A stretch of 64,000 nt of DNA from positions 19,817,949-19,881,948 of the forward strand of contig NC_057740.1 of NCBI RefSeq assembly GCF_004010195.1, in the 5' to 3' direction. A program made the translations under genes and the position numbers. The stretch comes from Chiloscyllium plagiosum. Its lineage: Eukaryota. Under the pieces are notes generated by a model. That model did not search any database. It saw nothing but the letters and a program-made list of their open reading frames with translations, and was not told the DNA's origin. This document shows positions 26,406 to 38,649 of this stretch, in pieces (within the stretch, counting starts at the first letter, position 1; every line of letters starts with the position of its first letter).

Positions 26406-27895
26406 CCTTGGGGAGTTTGGCAAATGTTTTGACAAACAGAAAAGGTTTAGGGTTAAACATAAGGTTTAGGATTAATGCACATTGCTCTGATTGAAGAAAG
26501 GTTAGAAGTGATGCATGCTGCAGATTGTTCCATTTTGTTTTTAATGTCTGTTGGAAATTTGAGGATGTCAAAACAGAAACTGGTAGTGACATTTTCTAGA
26601 GATGAATGATTACAGCAGTACAATTCTGACATATTTATACCTGTATGAATCCTGTCGTAGATCTGTACCCCTGACATCCTTAAAGGTGAAGTCTGCAGGG
26701 GTAAAACCTCAGTAATGTTTGGGTGTATCTGCAGCAACTCCTTGCCAAAATGAAGGATCCTGAAAACTCTAAAGAGTATCAGGCTGAAGGAAAGTACCAG
26801 CTTCCTCAAAAGAGGAATCCTGTTATAAAAGTGCCCTATTTAATGCCTCCTCAGATATTTATGTTCTGCTCACTTTCAAGAATCCAGACCTGGACTCTGG
26901 CTGGGTTGTACCTCATCGAGAAATCCATGTGCACCACAATAAAACCTGATTAAAGAAACTTCCATCCTTAACCAAATATCAGTGGTGTTTACAGGTTACC
27001 ACAGGTCCATCCCCACAAGATGATCCTGAATATTTGCATGATGAAACCAAGGCTATCCTGATGTAGAAAGGGAGTAAACTGTATTAGCTGCGCAATGTCT
27101 GTTTTTGTATCAGTGGCACTGAATTGATCTTAAATATGAGAAAAACTAATAACAATTTTAAGCCAAAATGCCCACAAACAAGTTGTGTTAGGTCTATTGA
27201 CAAGCCCAGGGAAGGGTTTGTACACAATGTGCACAATGACTTTGTTTAAATATAGGCTGTGAACTTTGGGTAACCATCTTTGTATTCTGAACTGTGCTGG
27301 AGGGAGAACATCAAATACAGGAGCACAGATTCATCTTTGGTCATACTTGGCAAACAATTTTTCCAACTATGCTTGAAAATGCATTGTTTTATTAAAGTAA
27401 AGGGATAATTGAAATTAATTTTCATAATCACAAGTACAAAATCTTTCATGAACCCATGAAATTGGTAAATACAACAAAATATATTTATTTATTGGTGTAC
27501 CTTAGAGTGATTATTTGGTGCAGTTTTATAAATATTGCTGAAATGGGTGTATTATAAAATAAAAGCATTCTCATTCTCCAACTGTAAATAATCTGATTTT
27601 AACTTACTGTTGAACTACCCTCACAAATATCAAATCTAATGTTGATCTTGCTTTTTTACACTTCCTGTGCAGTTGAAACTTTGTATGCCTCACTCTGTTC
27701 AGTCACCCTATGTTTTGTATGTCCTTGTACTGTGTGGTATGATTTGCCTGAATTGCATTCAAAACAAAACTTTTCACTGTACTTAAGTACATGTGACAGC
27801 AATAAATCAAATCAAATTCCTGAAAAAGCCTGAAACAAATATACCAAACTATTTGTTCATTTCATTGTTACATTCCAGCCATTTTCTTATTTCAG

Positions 27896-29125
27896 TAAAT
27901 TCAATAGTTTTTAATTTGTTAAACTTCTAAAACAAGCCTACCATTGCCTGTGCATCTAAGAAAAGAATTAGCTCAATTTAAAGAACTTTCCCAAAAGATT
28001 AGAAATGGGCACAATTGGTGGAGGTTCTCTATTATTTTGACTTGGGGAGTGACCAATTTTGCAGAGGCATGCCAAATGGAAAAAGCTCAATGTGCAATAT
28101 TTTTAAAATAAGGATTAACAATTATGGAAACTCAGTTTACTGATGACAGAGTCTGCATTTAAAATCCTGATATTTGTTGTACTGGTGTGCCCAATTTCAA
28201 TTGCTTTGCACTGCTATAACCAGTGCAACTGGTGGAAACTCTCACATTGTCTAAATGTTTATTGCATTTGCAAATTATGTAATTTTCTCAATCATGACTG
28301 CAAATACCTAGATGGTGCGTTTCAGATCTCTCTAACTACTTAGTGCAGCTTGAGGAATTTATCAGACTGGCGGCCTTGGGTTCCTCGGATTTTGAAAAGC
28401 CATAATTCTGGCAGCTGAATAATGAGGCTCGAACAGTTAGTGGTAATCAATCCATTCTGAAATTATTCTGAAGAATGAAGATCAAAGCAAACTCTATTAT
28501 ATATAATGAGGAGCGTTAGACTTTGAAACTAGATGGGGACTCATAAACAGGGGGTGGAAGGCTGTTCATTGACTTTATTTTATGCGCCCCCTTCATCACC
28601 TTCAAGTACTCAGGCAGGAAGCAGTGGATTTATAATTCCTTCAAAGGTCTTTTTTAACCTGATCTGTTGAGATTGCTGATTTCATTTTTCATACGTCTGG
28701 CTCAAAGGCAGACCACCTACTTAGTTCATGAGGGGGCAACTAAACTTGCTTCCCTACTTACCTGCTCTGGAGATGGAGTAGATCAAGTTGTGACACTGCC
28801 AAAAGCCTGTGGTGTTCTTTTTAACATTTATATATCAGCAACCAATGATGCTGAGCAAGAAATAGCAATGAATTTACTGCCAGATCAAGCCAGCATGGCA
28901 GAACTGCATCTCCCGATGGCAAAACTCCACAAAATGCTGTATCAAGAAAAATATTTATTTCCAGTATTTATCTATTTACTTCAAGTGTATGAGGGAAATT
29001 TTTTTTGGTGAATAATGTGGCGAAGCAAACCTAACAGATGGATGCAATATCCAATTGCATTTCTATCAGATTATCTTGTGCTACAGTTGTGTCAGTTCTT
29101 TCACCTAATGTAATGATGTGGCAAG
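27896..29125 (+). pseudogene. ~1.2-kb pseudo-exon, AAA4-like segment leading into the stalk
   Basis: cttatttcag acceptor, CAAG|gtaaat donor. A single frame 27923-29011 has about 10 internal stops in ~363 codons and includes ORF 28667-29011. Motifs: CLLHLQIM..S*LQIPRW, FIRLAAL, GLF*PD, FFIRLAQRQTTYLV, LPKACG..AEQEIAMNLL, YLFPVFIYLLQVY. Confidence 0.65.
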
Positions 29126-29309
29126 GTAAATTAGTGCTTTAATTGGTAACAGCGGTCCTTAAGTTAATGTTGACTGTCTTAAAACTCTAATACAAAAAGA
29201 TGTAATTGATGCAAGAATAATAGAATGACCGAGGACATGGTTCCAGTTCGAAAAGGGGAACAATGACTATAATATGCTAGAGTTTAACATTTGGTTTGTA
29301 TGGATTGAG

Positions 29310-31430
29310 CTGCAGAGGAAGTGTGGAGGCTGATATTATAACAACATTTAAAAGACATCTGCATAGGTATATGAATCGGAAGGATTTAGATGGATGTGCT
29401 GGCAAATGGGATTAGATTAATTTAGGATATCTGGTTGGTATGGACGAGTTGGACAGAATGGTCTGTTTCTGTGCTGTACAATTCTATGACTCTGTGGTTT
29501 GAAAGTGAGAAACTTGTGTCAGAAACAACTGTGCTAAACCTAAAAATGGCCAACTATGTAGGGACGAGGGTTTCTTTAGTTGGATAGAACATATAGAACA
29601 TAGAAGAATACAGCGCAGTACAGGCCCTTGGGCCCTCGATGTTGCGCCGATCCAAGGCCACCTAAACTACACTAACCCACTATCCTCCATATACCTATCC
29701 AATGCCCTCTTAAATGCCCATAAAGAGGGAGAGTCCACCACTGTTACTGGCAGGGCTATGTAGGGACGAGGGTTTCTTTAGTTGGATTGTACTGGAAAAA
29801 GAGTTTCACCAAAAAGATGGTTGAGGAGCAATGGAAGCTGTCTAAGAAACTAGTTAAGACTCACAGTAAAGATAAATCCCAAACAGAAAGAAAGATTTTA
29901 GGAAGAGAATAAATGGGCCATGGTTAACCAAGCAGTTAAGGATAATATCAAATTGAAAGAAAAAAGCTTGCAATGTGGTGAAGGTCAATGGTAAACTAGA
30001 ACATTGGGAAGTTATTAAAAGCCACAGAAAATGATCCAAAATAATAAAATGGGAGAAAAATTAACGATGAAGCATACGAGCAAGTCACATAAAACAGACA
30101 GTAAATGCTTATTTTAAATATATAAAAAGGAAAAGAGAAGCCAAAGTGAACATTGGCCCCTTAGAAAACAAAGAACAATACAGCATAGGAAAAGGCCTTT
30201 TGGCGCACCAAGTCTGCACTATGTCTTATTTAGTCATGCTACTTATTGCCCATGCATGGTTTCTATTCCCCTGTTCACCTTCTGTTCATAATATCAAGGC
30301 ACAAGTCAGGAGTGCCTTGCAGATGGTTTATCAATGTATGCCAAATTGCTAATTTGCCTGCTTCTACCACCTCCACTGGCAATGTGTTCCAGGCACCTAC
30401 TACCCTGTGTGTAAAAATTCTTCCCTGCACTTCTTCCCTAAATTTTCCTCCTCTCACCTTGAACCTGTGCCCTCTTGAAGTTGACCTTTGGGAAAAAAGA
30501 CTCTGACTATCTACCCTATCTATGCCTTTCATAATTTTGTAGACCTCTATCAGATCACTCCTTAGCCTCTGTCTTTCCAGTGAAAACCATTTGACTTTAT
30601 CCAACCCCTCCTCAAACCTTCAACCCTCTAGACCAAGCAACTCCTGGTAAACCTTCCCTGCACCCTCTCCAAAGCATCCACATCCCTCTGGTAGTGTGGC
30701 AACTAGAACTGAAAACAATATTCCAATGTGGCCTGACTTAAAGTTTTATGCAACCGTAACACAACTTGCCAACCATTGTATTTGATGCCCTGGCTGATGA
30801 GTGTAAGCGCAAGGCTGGAGAAATAATAAGTGGGGGCAGGATTTGGAAGAGGATTTGAAGAACTGCCACAAAGACATAAAGAACGTAAATAGCATTCCAA
30901 AAATGCTAAATAATCAGTAACCTAAGAGGAGGAGGAATTAAACACAATAACAATCACAAGAGAAAAAGCATTAGAAAATTTATGGGACTAAAGGCCAATA
31001 CGTCCTCTGATTCTGATGGCTTGCATCATAGGATTTTAAAATCTAAATTGTGAATGCTAATGAATGGTAGTAATATTTGACAAATCCTTAGATTGAGGTA
31101 AAGTTCTAGAGGATTGTAACACTGCAAATGTAATACCTTCCTTCAAAGAATGAGGAAGACAAAATGGTAACTACAGGACAGTTAGCTTAGTATCTGTCAT
31201 TTGGAAAATGCTGGAGTCCGTTATAAATGATGTCGTCGAGCATTTAGAAATGCATCATGAAATCAAGCGATGTGAGCATGTTTTCATGAATGGGGAAATC
31301 ATGCCAGTTCGTTGAGGAAGAATGAAGCAAGAGAGATAAAGGGGAACCAGTAGCTGTAATAGTTTTGGAATTCCAAAAGGCGTTGAATAAGTTTCTGCAC
31401 ATAAGGTGACTTAATAAGACAAGAGTCTAG
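29310..31430. mobile_element. Nested CR1 cluster: old plus-strand ORF2 with minus-strand younger CR1 3' ends (29586-29755, 30170-30795)
   Basis: CR1 peptide motifs and 3' tails on both strands; 32-bp duplication around 29586-29755. Confidence 0.82.
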
Positions 31431-31549
31431 TTATGAAGAAGGGTCACTGGATCCATCACGTTTCTCTCCTAGCAGCTGCCAGGCCTGCTGAGCTTCTCCA
31501 GTAATTTATGTTTCTGTTGAAGAGCCCATGGTATATTTTTTATTTATTC

Positions 31550-32275
31550 ATTTTTTAGTGGAGCTATGGGCATTACTGGCTGGCCAGCATTTATTGCCCA
31601 CCCATTGTTGCCCTTGAGAAGTTGGTGGTGAGCTGCCTTCTTGAACAGTTGTAGTCCACCTCCTGTGGGTTGACATTCAGGAGATTTTGACATTAGGGAG
31701 CATTCCAGGATTTTGACCCAGTGACAGTGAAGGAGCAGTGATATATTTCCAAGCCAGGATGATAAGTGGCTTGGAGGAGAACTTGCAGGTGGTGGTGTTC
31801 ACATGTATCTGCTGCCCTTGTCCTTCTAGATGGAAATGGTTGTGGGTTTGGAAGGTGCTATCTGAGGATCCTTGATGAATTTCTGCTATGCATCTTATCG
31901 ATAGTACACACTGCTGCTACTGAGCATCAGTGTTGGAGGGAGTGGATACTTGTGAATGTGGTGCCAATCAAGCAGGCTGCTTTGTACTGAATGGTGTCTT
32001 GAGTATTGTTGGGCTGCACTCATCCAGGCAAGTGGGGTGCATTCCAACACACTCCTGATTGTTCCTTGTAGATAGTAGCTAGGCTTTCAGGAGTCAGGTG
32101 GTAAGTTACTCACCGCAGTATTCCTTGTCTCTGACCTGCTGTTGTAGCCGTTTATGTGGTGAGTCCAGTAAAATTTCTGACCAATGATAACTCCCAGGAT
32201 GTTGATTGTGGGAATTCAGTGAAGGTAACACCTTTGACTGTCAAGGCGTGGTGTTCAGATTTTCTCTTACTGGTG
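31550..32275 (-). mobile_element. Second CR1-group LINE family, 3' region
   Basis: gccagcatttattgccca..gcccttgagaag.tggtggtgagctgccttcttgaac terminus; related copies at 47090-47735(+), 49650-50020(-), 54830-55170(+). Confidence 0.75.
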
Positions 32276-32301
32276 ATTAGAGATATTCTATTAGAACAGA
32301 C

Positions 32302-33470
32302 AGAGTCATAGAGATGTCCAACCCGTCCATGCCGACCAGATATCTCAACCCAATCTAGTCCCACCTGCTGGCACCCGGCCCATATCCCTCCAAACCCTTC
32401 CTATTCATATGCCCATCCAAATGCCTCTTAAATGTTGCAATTGTACCAGCCACCACCATATCCTCTGGCAGCTCATTCCATACACGTACCACCCGCTGCG
32501 TGAAAAAGTTGCCCCTTATGTTTTTTTTTTAAATCTTTCCCCTCTCACCCTAAACCTATGCCCTCTAGTTCTGGACTCCCCAACCCCAGGGAAAAGACTT
32601 TGTCTATTTCTCCTATCCATGCCCCTCATAATTTGTAAACCTCTATAAGGTCACCCCTCAGCCTCCGACGGTCTGGGAAAACAGCCCCAATCTGTTCAGC
32701 CTCTCCCTGTAGCTCAGATCCTGCAACCCTGGCAACATCCTTGTAAATCTTTTCTGAACCCTTTCAAGTGTCACAANNNNNNNNNNNNNNNNNNNNNNNN
32801 NNNNNNNNNNNNNNNNNNNNNNNNNNNNNNNNNNNNNNNNNNNNNNNNNNNNNNNNNNNNNNNNNNNNNNNNNNNNNNNNNNNNNNNNNNNNNNNNNNNN
32901 NNNNNNNNNNNNNNNNNNNNNNNNNNNNNNNNNNNNNNNNNNNNNNNNNNNNNNNNNNNNNNNNNNNNNNNNNNNNNNNNNNNNNNNNNNNNNNNNNNNN
33001 NNNNNNNNNNNNNNNNNNNNNNNNNNNNNNNNNNNNNNNNNNNNNNNNNNNNNNNNNNNNNNNNNNNNTCCACCACCACCCTCTGTCTTCTACCTTTGAG
33101 CCAGTTCTGTATCTAAATGGCTTGTTCTCCCTGTATTCCATGAGATCTAACCTTGCTAATCAGTCTCCCATGGGGAACCTTGTCGAATGCCTTACTGAAG
33201 TCCATATAGATCACATCTACTGCTCTGCCCTCATCAATCTTCTTTGTTACTTCTTCCAAAAACTCAATCAAGTATGTGAGACATGATTTCCCATGCACAA
33301 AGCCATGTTGACTATCCAGAATCTGTCCTTACCTTTCCAAATACATGTACATCCTGTCCCTCAGGATTCCCTCCAACAACTTGCCCACCACCGAGGTCAG
33401 GCTCACTGGTCTATAGTTCTCTGGCTTGTCTTTATCGCCCTTCTTAAACAGTGGCACCATGTTTGCCTGG
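32302..33470 (-). mobile_element. Young CR1 LINE spanning an N-gap
   Basis: GKSCLTYLIEF..VDVIYMDFSKAFDKVPHG; 3' tail at 32302. Confidence 0.92.
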
Positions 33471-34287
33471 CTAGCTAATAGAAAACAGAGTTGGGATGCA
33501 GGGGAATTTTCGGCAGCCTGTAACTAGTGGAGTCCCACAGAAATCAATGCTGAGCCCTCTATTATTTACAATACATATTGATGACTAGATGACAGAAATG
33601 AATACGCTATTGACAAGTTTGTGGAAGACACAAAACAAATAGGAAGACAAACTGAGGAGCACATGAGTCTACAGGGGGAATATAGAAGGGTTAAGTGAAT
33701 GATCAAAAACTTATTAGATGGAATGTACTGGGGAAAATGGGATGTTTACTTTGGCAGGAAGAATAGAAGAGCTTAATATTATTTAACTGAGGACAGACTA
33801 AAGAAGCCTGCATCACAGAGGGATTTAAATATCCTCCTGAATGAACTTCACAAAGCTGCCATGCAAGTTTAATGAGTAATAGAGAAGGCAAATAAACTGT
33901 TGACCTTTTATTCAAAGCGATAAATAAAAAAACAGGAAGCTGTTGCTAAACCTAAAGCAGTAGTCAGATCACACCCGGAATGCATGCACAGTTTTGTCCT
34001 GTTATTTAAGGAAAGATATGCTGGCATTGGAGGCTGTGCAGAGGATGTTCACTAGGTTGATTCCAAGTACGGAGGCTTTATTTTGAGATGAGGTTGAGTT
34101 GGTTGGGCTTATATTCATTAGAGTTTAGAAGAATAAGAGATTTTATTGAAACATATAAAATTATATGCCTGTTGACCTTTCAATAAGACCTTGGTGAAAG
34201 TGCAGAGTGGATGATTCATCTCATGCTCCTCCAGCAATCCCCACCATTAGTATTAATATTTAGCTGCATTGATTCACTCCACATCAT

Positions 34288-34419
34288 GGAGGAGAAAGTG
34301 AGGACTGCAGATGCTGGAGACCAGAGTTGAAAAGTGTGGTGCTGGAAAAACACAGCAGGCCAGACAGCATCTGAGGAGCAGGAGAATCAATGTTTCGGGC
34401 ATAAGCCCTTCTTCAGGAA
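34288..34419 (-). mobile_element. Family B PLE mini-element (hammerhead plus 3' tail) with 10-bp TSD
   Basis: CUGAAGA-agggc-uuau-gccc-GAAA-CAU; TCCACATCAT at 34278-34287 and 34420-34429. Confidence 0.8.
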
Positions 34420-34589
34420 TCCACATCATATCAAGAAATAGCTGACGGCACTGGATATAGCAAAGGCTATTGGGTTTGACAATATTCCAGTAATAGTAGT
34501 GAAGATTTATACTCCAGAACCAGTTGTGCCCCTAATCAAGTTGCTCCAGTACAGCTAGAAACTGACATCTACACTCTATCATGTTTGCC

Positions 34590-34895
34590 ATCAAGTTTAA
34601 TCAAGATGGTTATTATCAGGGTAAAAGCTGAAACTGCAATAGGTGCAGTCATGTTTTTTCACAAATGAGCTCCTATCAGAAACTGGGCTTCTCATTTTGT
34701 TTTTACATCTTCTTGGCATTAATCAGCATTAAACAGTCTACATATCTTTTACATGTTCCATCTATCCGCAACTTTTCCAACTTCTATTTGAAAATTCACC
34801 TTTTGTCAAAAGAAATGACACATTATTAAAAGAAGACTTCTCCATATAATTCCTGTTTGGGAATATTCAATCAGGAGTGCGCCATTAACCTCACG
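34590..34895 (+). pseudogene. Tentative dynein stalk-end-like remnant
   Basis: KAETAIGAV, ALISIKQSTYL, LLKEDFSI*FLFG weakly resemble RAEKLIGGL, LLSAAFISYL, SEDFSL..FLG. Confidence 0.25.
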
Positions 34896-34899
34896 ATAA

Positions 34900-35455
34900 A
34901 GAAAGTGAGGACTGCAGATGCTGGAGATCAGAATCGAGACTATGGTGCTGGAAAAGCACAGCAGGTCAGGCAGCATCCGAGGGGCAGGAGAATTGACGTT
35001 TCGGGCATAAGCTCTTCATCAGGACTGAGGCTTGTGGGTAGGGGCTGAGAGATAAATGGGAGAGGGTGGGGTTAGGGGGAGGTAGCTGGGAAAGCGATAG
35101 GTGGATGAAGGTGAGGGAGAAGGTAATAGGTCAAAGGGGGCAGTGATGGACAGATCTGGAGGGCGGTGTCGAGTTGGAGGCTTGGGACTCGGATAATGTG
35201 GGAGAAGGGGAAATGAGGAAGCTGTTGAAATCCATATTTATCCTATGTGGTTGCAGGGTCCCAAGGCGAAATATGAGGCGTTCCTCCTCCAGGCATTGGA
35301 TGATAACGTTTTGGTGATAGAGGAGGCCCAGGATCTGCATGTCCTTGACGGAGTGGGAGGGGAAGTTGAAGTGTTCAGCCATGGGGCGGTGGGGTTGGTG
35401 GGTGCGGGTGTCCCAGAGATGTTCTCTGAAACGATCCACAAGAAGGCATCCTGTC
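34900..35455 (-). mobile_element. Penelope-like element 3' part (GIY-YIG C-terminal half, 3' UTR, hammerhead at 34995-35023)
   Basis: RFREHL..HFN.PSH..EERLIFRLGTLQP.RIN.DF; CUGAUGA..GAAACGUC. Confidence 0.88.
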
Positions 35456-35734
35456 TTTGCCCATTTTGTCATTCAATGAGATCATGATGAATCTGTTAAC
35501 TTAATACCCTTGGTTTTGCAGCATTTTGTTTAATGCTTTTAGATGATAAAAATCTATCTGTCTTAGGTTTCTTGTTTACAATTGGTCCAGCATCAATTTC
35601 TGTATTGCTGAAGAGAATTTTAAACTCTCTCCATCCTATGTGCACACAAGTATTTCCTGACTTCACTCCTGATAGATCTGACTTTAATTTTCAGACAATG
35701 GCACCTAATCCTTGACAGCAGACATAGTTTGTCG

Positions 35735-36010
35735 CTACCTATCCTACCTGTTCACTTTAACAGTATGAAGACTTCATTCGCATGTCCCCTCAATGCTTTA
35801 GATTCCAGGGAATATGATCCCAGTTTGTGGAATGTGATCAGGAATTTAAACCTTGGATTGCAGGTGTTATCCTTTCATCCTTTTTCCTGGGCTCCCTCCA
35901 TGATCTAGCCCTCCACAATGTGGTGCCGGAACTGCACATAGTATTTTAGCATTGAGGGGACATGTGAATGAAGTCTTCATACTGTTAAAACGAACAGAAA
36001 GGATAGGTAG
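35735..36010. repeat. 63-bp imperfect inverted repeat (35735-35797 / 35948-36010) in an old minus-strand CR1
   Basis: Reverse-complement match with a few mismatches. Confidence 0.85.
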
Positions 36011-37179
36011 TAATTTAGGTGTAGTCTATCCACAGCTATCTATATTTGTAGCATGATCTTTACCTACTGGTATGCTAGACCTTTTAGATATAAAGGCCAG
36101 CATTCCATTTTGCTCCCTGAACATTTTCTTGTACTTTTACATAACATTGTAATGAGCAACATGCCTGAAATCCTATATTTCTTTGGACATTCATTGTTTC
36201 TCGCTTTTCACCATTAGAAAATGCAACTTTTCTATCTATTTTAAGTGTAATTTGTCTGACTACATTTCCCTACATTGTCACAGTTCCTCTCATTCACATA
36301 GTTTGTCAATATCTCTCTGTAATAACACGTCTCCAACTCCATTGCTTTTTATGATATCTGCCTTCATGCTACCAGCATATTTAGATATGTGGCTTTCTGA
36401 TTCATCATCTTGTCATTAGTAAATGAAGTGAATTTGTATCCTTGGTACAGAGAGCACATCCTGAAATTGAGAATATCTGCCTTTCACACTTATTCCCTGT
36501 CTTTTCATACATAGTCAATTTTTTTAAAAAAAGCAAATAATTGCTTTCAATAATTTCAGCATTTGCTAATAATCTCTTGAGGGATTTTGTCATATGCCTT
36601 CTCAAAGTCCATACATTTAACAACCATAGACATTCCTGCATCTGTTACTTTAATCCAATTATATTTGTCAGACACATGACTCTACAAATTATTTACAATT
36701 TTATGCTTGCTTTCTGAGCAACTGAACATTTTCAAGATGTTGATGATTTAAGAATTTCACATAACAAATGGGAGGCTTACAGACCTATAATCCCCTGGTT
36801 TTCCTGTCTCACTTTTCTTAGATAGTGAAATGACATGTATGCTATACTAATCTAAAGAAATGGCTCTTGTATTGAGAAAACTTTGTGAGGTAATAGATAG
36901 TGCATCAGTGATGTTCTGCTTTTCTTCGTTACTATTATTTTCCTTCTGTTAAATTTAGGAGTCCCTGCCTCTAATGATTTCTCCCATGCTAACCCCTCCT
37001 TCTACTGATTGTCAATGCATCATGATTATTCAAAATGTCCACGTTTTCCTTATTTTGAATACCAGTATCATTTTTATAAATTTTTAAACAGGCCCTCCTA
37101 GCCACTCTCTATTCCCTAACATAATTGTAATTTAAAAAAAAATCTTTTTCTTTGAATTCCTTGTAATTTTATTTTGATA

Positions 37180-38350
37180 ATGTGGTTCCCTTGTTCAAAA
37201 AGGGGAGTAGGGATAACCCTAGTAACTATAGGCCGGTGAGTCTCACTTCTGTTGTGGGCAAAGTCTTAGAGAGAATTGTAAGGGATAGGATTTATGCACA
37301 TCTGGATAGGAATAATGTGATCAAAGATAGTCAGCATGGTTTTGTGAAGGGCAGGTCGTGCCTCACAAACCTTATTGAATTCTTTGAAAAGGTGACGAAG
37401 GAGGTTGATGAGGGGAAAGCGGTAGATGTGGTATATATGGATTTTAGTAAGGCGTTTGATAAGGTTCCCCATGGTAAGCTACTTCAAAAAATACGGAGGT
37501 ATGGCATTGAGGGCGAGTTGAAAGTTTGGATTAGGAATTGACTGGCTGGAAGAAGACAGAGGGTAGTAGTTGATGGCAAAGTTCCTTCATGGAGTGCCGT
37601 CACTAGCGGTGTTCCGCAAGGATCTGTTTTGGGACCATTGCTGTTTGTCATTTTTATAAATGACCTGGAAGAGGGGTTAGAAGATTGGGTGAGCAAGTTT
37701 GCGGATGATACGAAAGTCGAAGGAGTTGTTGACAGTGAGGAAGGATGTAGCAGGTTACAGCAGGATATAGAGAAGCTGCAGAGCTGGGCAGAAAGGTGGC
37801 AGATGGAATCCAATGTAGCTAAGTGCGAGGTGATTCACTTTGGGAAGAATAACAAAAAGATGGGGTACTGGGCTAATGGTCGGATACTTGGTAGTGTGGA
37901 TGAGCAGAGGGATCTTGGTGTCCATGTACACAGATCTCTGAAAGTTGCCACCCAAGTAAATAGTGCGGNNNNNNNNNNNNNNNNNNNNNNNNNNNNNNNN
38001 NNNNNNNNNNGTATAAGATGATTAGGGGGTTAGATAGGGTTGACAGTGTGAACCTTTTCCCGCGTATGGAGTCGGGTATTACAAGGGGGCATAGCTTTAA
38101 ATTAAGGGGGGGTAGATATAGGACTGAATTTAGGGGTAGGTTCTTCACTCAGCGAGTTGTAAGTTCATGGAATGCCCTGCCAGTAGCAGTGGTGGACTCT
38201 CCCTCTTTATGGGCATTTAAGCGGGCATTGGATAGGTATATGGAGGATAGTGGGTTAGTACAGGTTAGGTGGGCTTGGATCGGCGCAACATCGAAGGCCA
38301 AAGGGCCTGTACTGCGCTGTATTGTTCTATGTTCTATGTTCTATGTTCTA
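37180..38350 (+). mobile_element. Young CR1 LINE RT and 3' end with (TATGTTC)n tail
   Basis: Near-intact RT frames 37182-37541, 37629-37968, 38018-; FADDTK. Confidence 0.95.
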
Positions 38351-38649
38351 TAATCAAATTGCCCACTATTTGTTGTTCATAGTATCTTTCTCATTAAACT
38401 GGGTGAGTGCTTTTTACTTTGCTCTTTAGTAAGCTTTTTGACTGTTGTATGCCATCTCCTAACTCAGTCATCCATGCTGCTTTTTTTGGCAAGTAAAACT
38501 TTTGCCTCAGGATAAACTGGTTCTGTATCATATTACCTTTTGGTTACCTGTCATTTTATCCATGAAAAGATCTGGACAGATTAATGTGAGCAGTATGTAT
38601 CATTATTTTTAAACCAACCATGTCTAAATCTAGATTCAGATTATAAAAA

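Larger units (their letters stand above)
23980..27330 (+). pseudogene. AAA2/AAA3-like segments (23980-24470, 26410-26585, 27080-27330) separated by SINE and CR1 insertions
   Basis: LALLPISAESQPRILQPILKILWESKIIVVCG (cf. ILVPT.DTVR..YLL.LLL....PVLLCG), IEERLE..LFLMSVGNLRMSK (cf. FIDDLNMP), LGLLTSPGKG (cf. VAAMGPPGGG). Confidence 0.5.
4741..29125 (+). pseudogene. Decayed, highly divergent dynein heavy chain-like gene (tail, linker, AAA1-AAA4), interrupted by many TEs; may extend from ~2.6 kb to ~40.9 kb
   Basis: Non-repeat intervals translate to protein-like frames with scattered stops and frameshifts, with dynein-like motifs in canonical order (see segments). Phase-compatible junctions at 4974/7464, ~10202/13489 and 13743/15997. 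Identification by eye, no HMM run. Confidence 0.6.

Noticed and set aside
26590-27060. Possible Harbinger transposase remnant or extra exon (ORFs 26453-26809, 26723-26953)
   Set aside because: No convincing motif in any frame; left unassigned.
28640-28880. Resemblance of PDLLRLL...LVHEGA...ACGVLFNI to ARM/neurochondrin-like repeats
   Set aside because: Local and weak; the surrounding ordered motifs fit dynein AAA4 better.
32764-33286. Long ORFs running through N-gaps (also 42063-42919, 55184-56156)
   Set aside because: Artefacts of X translation across assembly gaps; the flanks are CR1 or PLE sequence.
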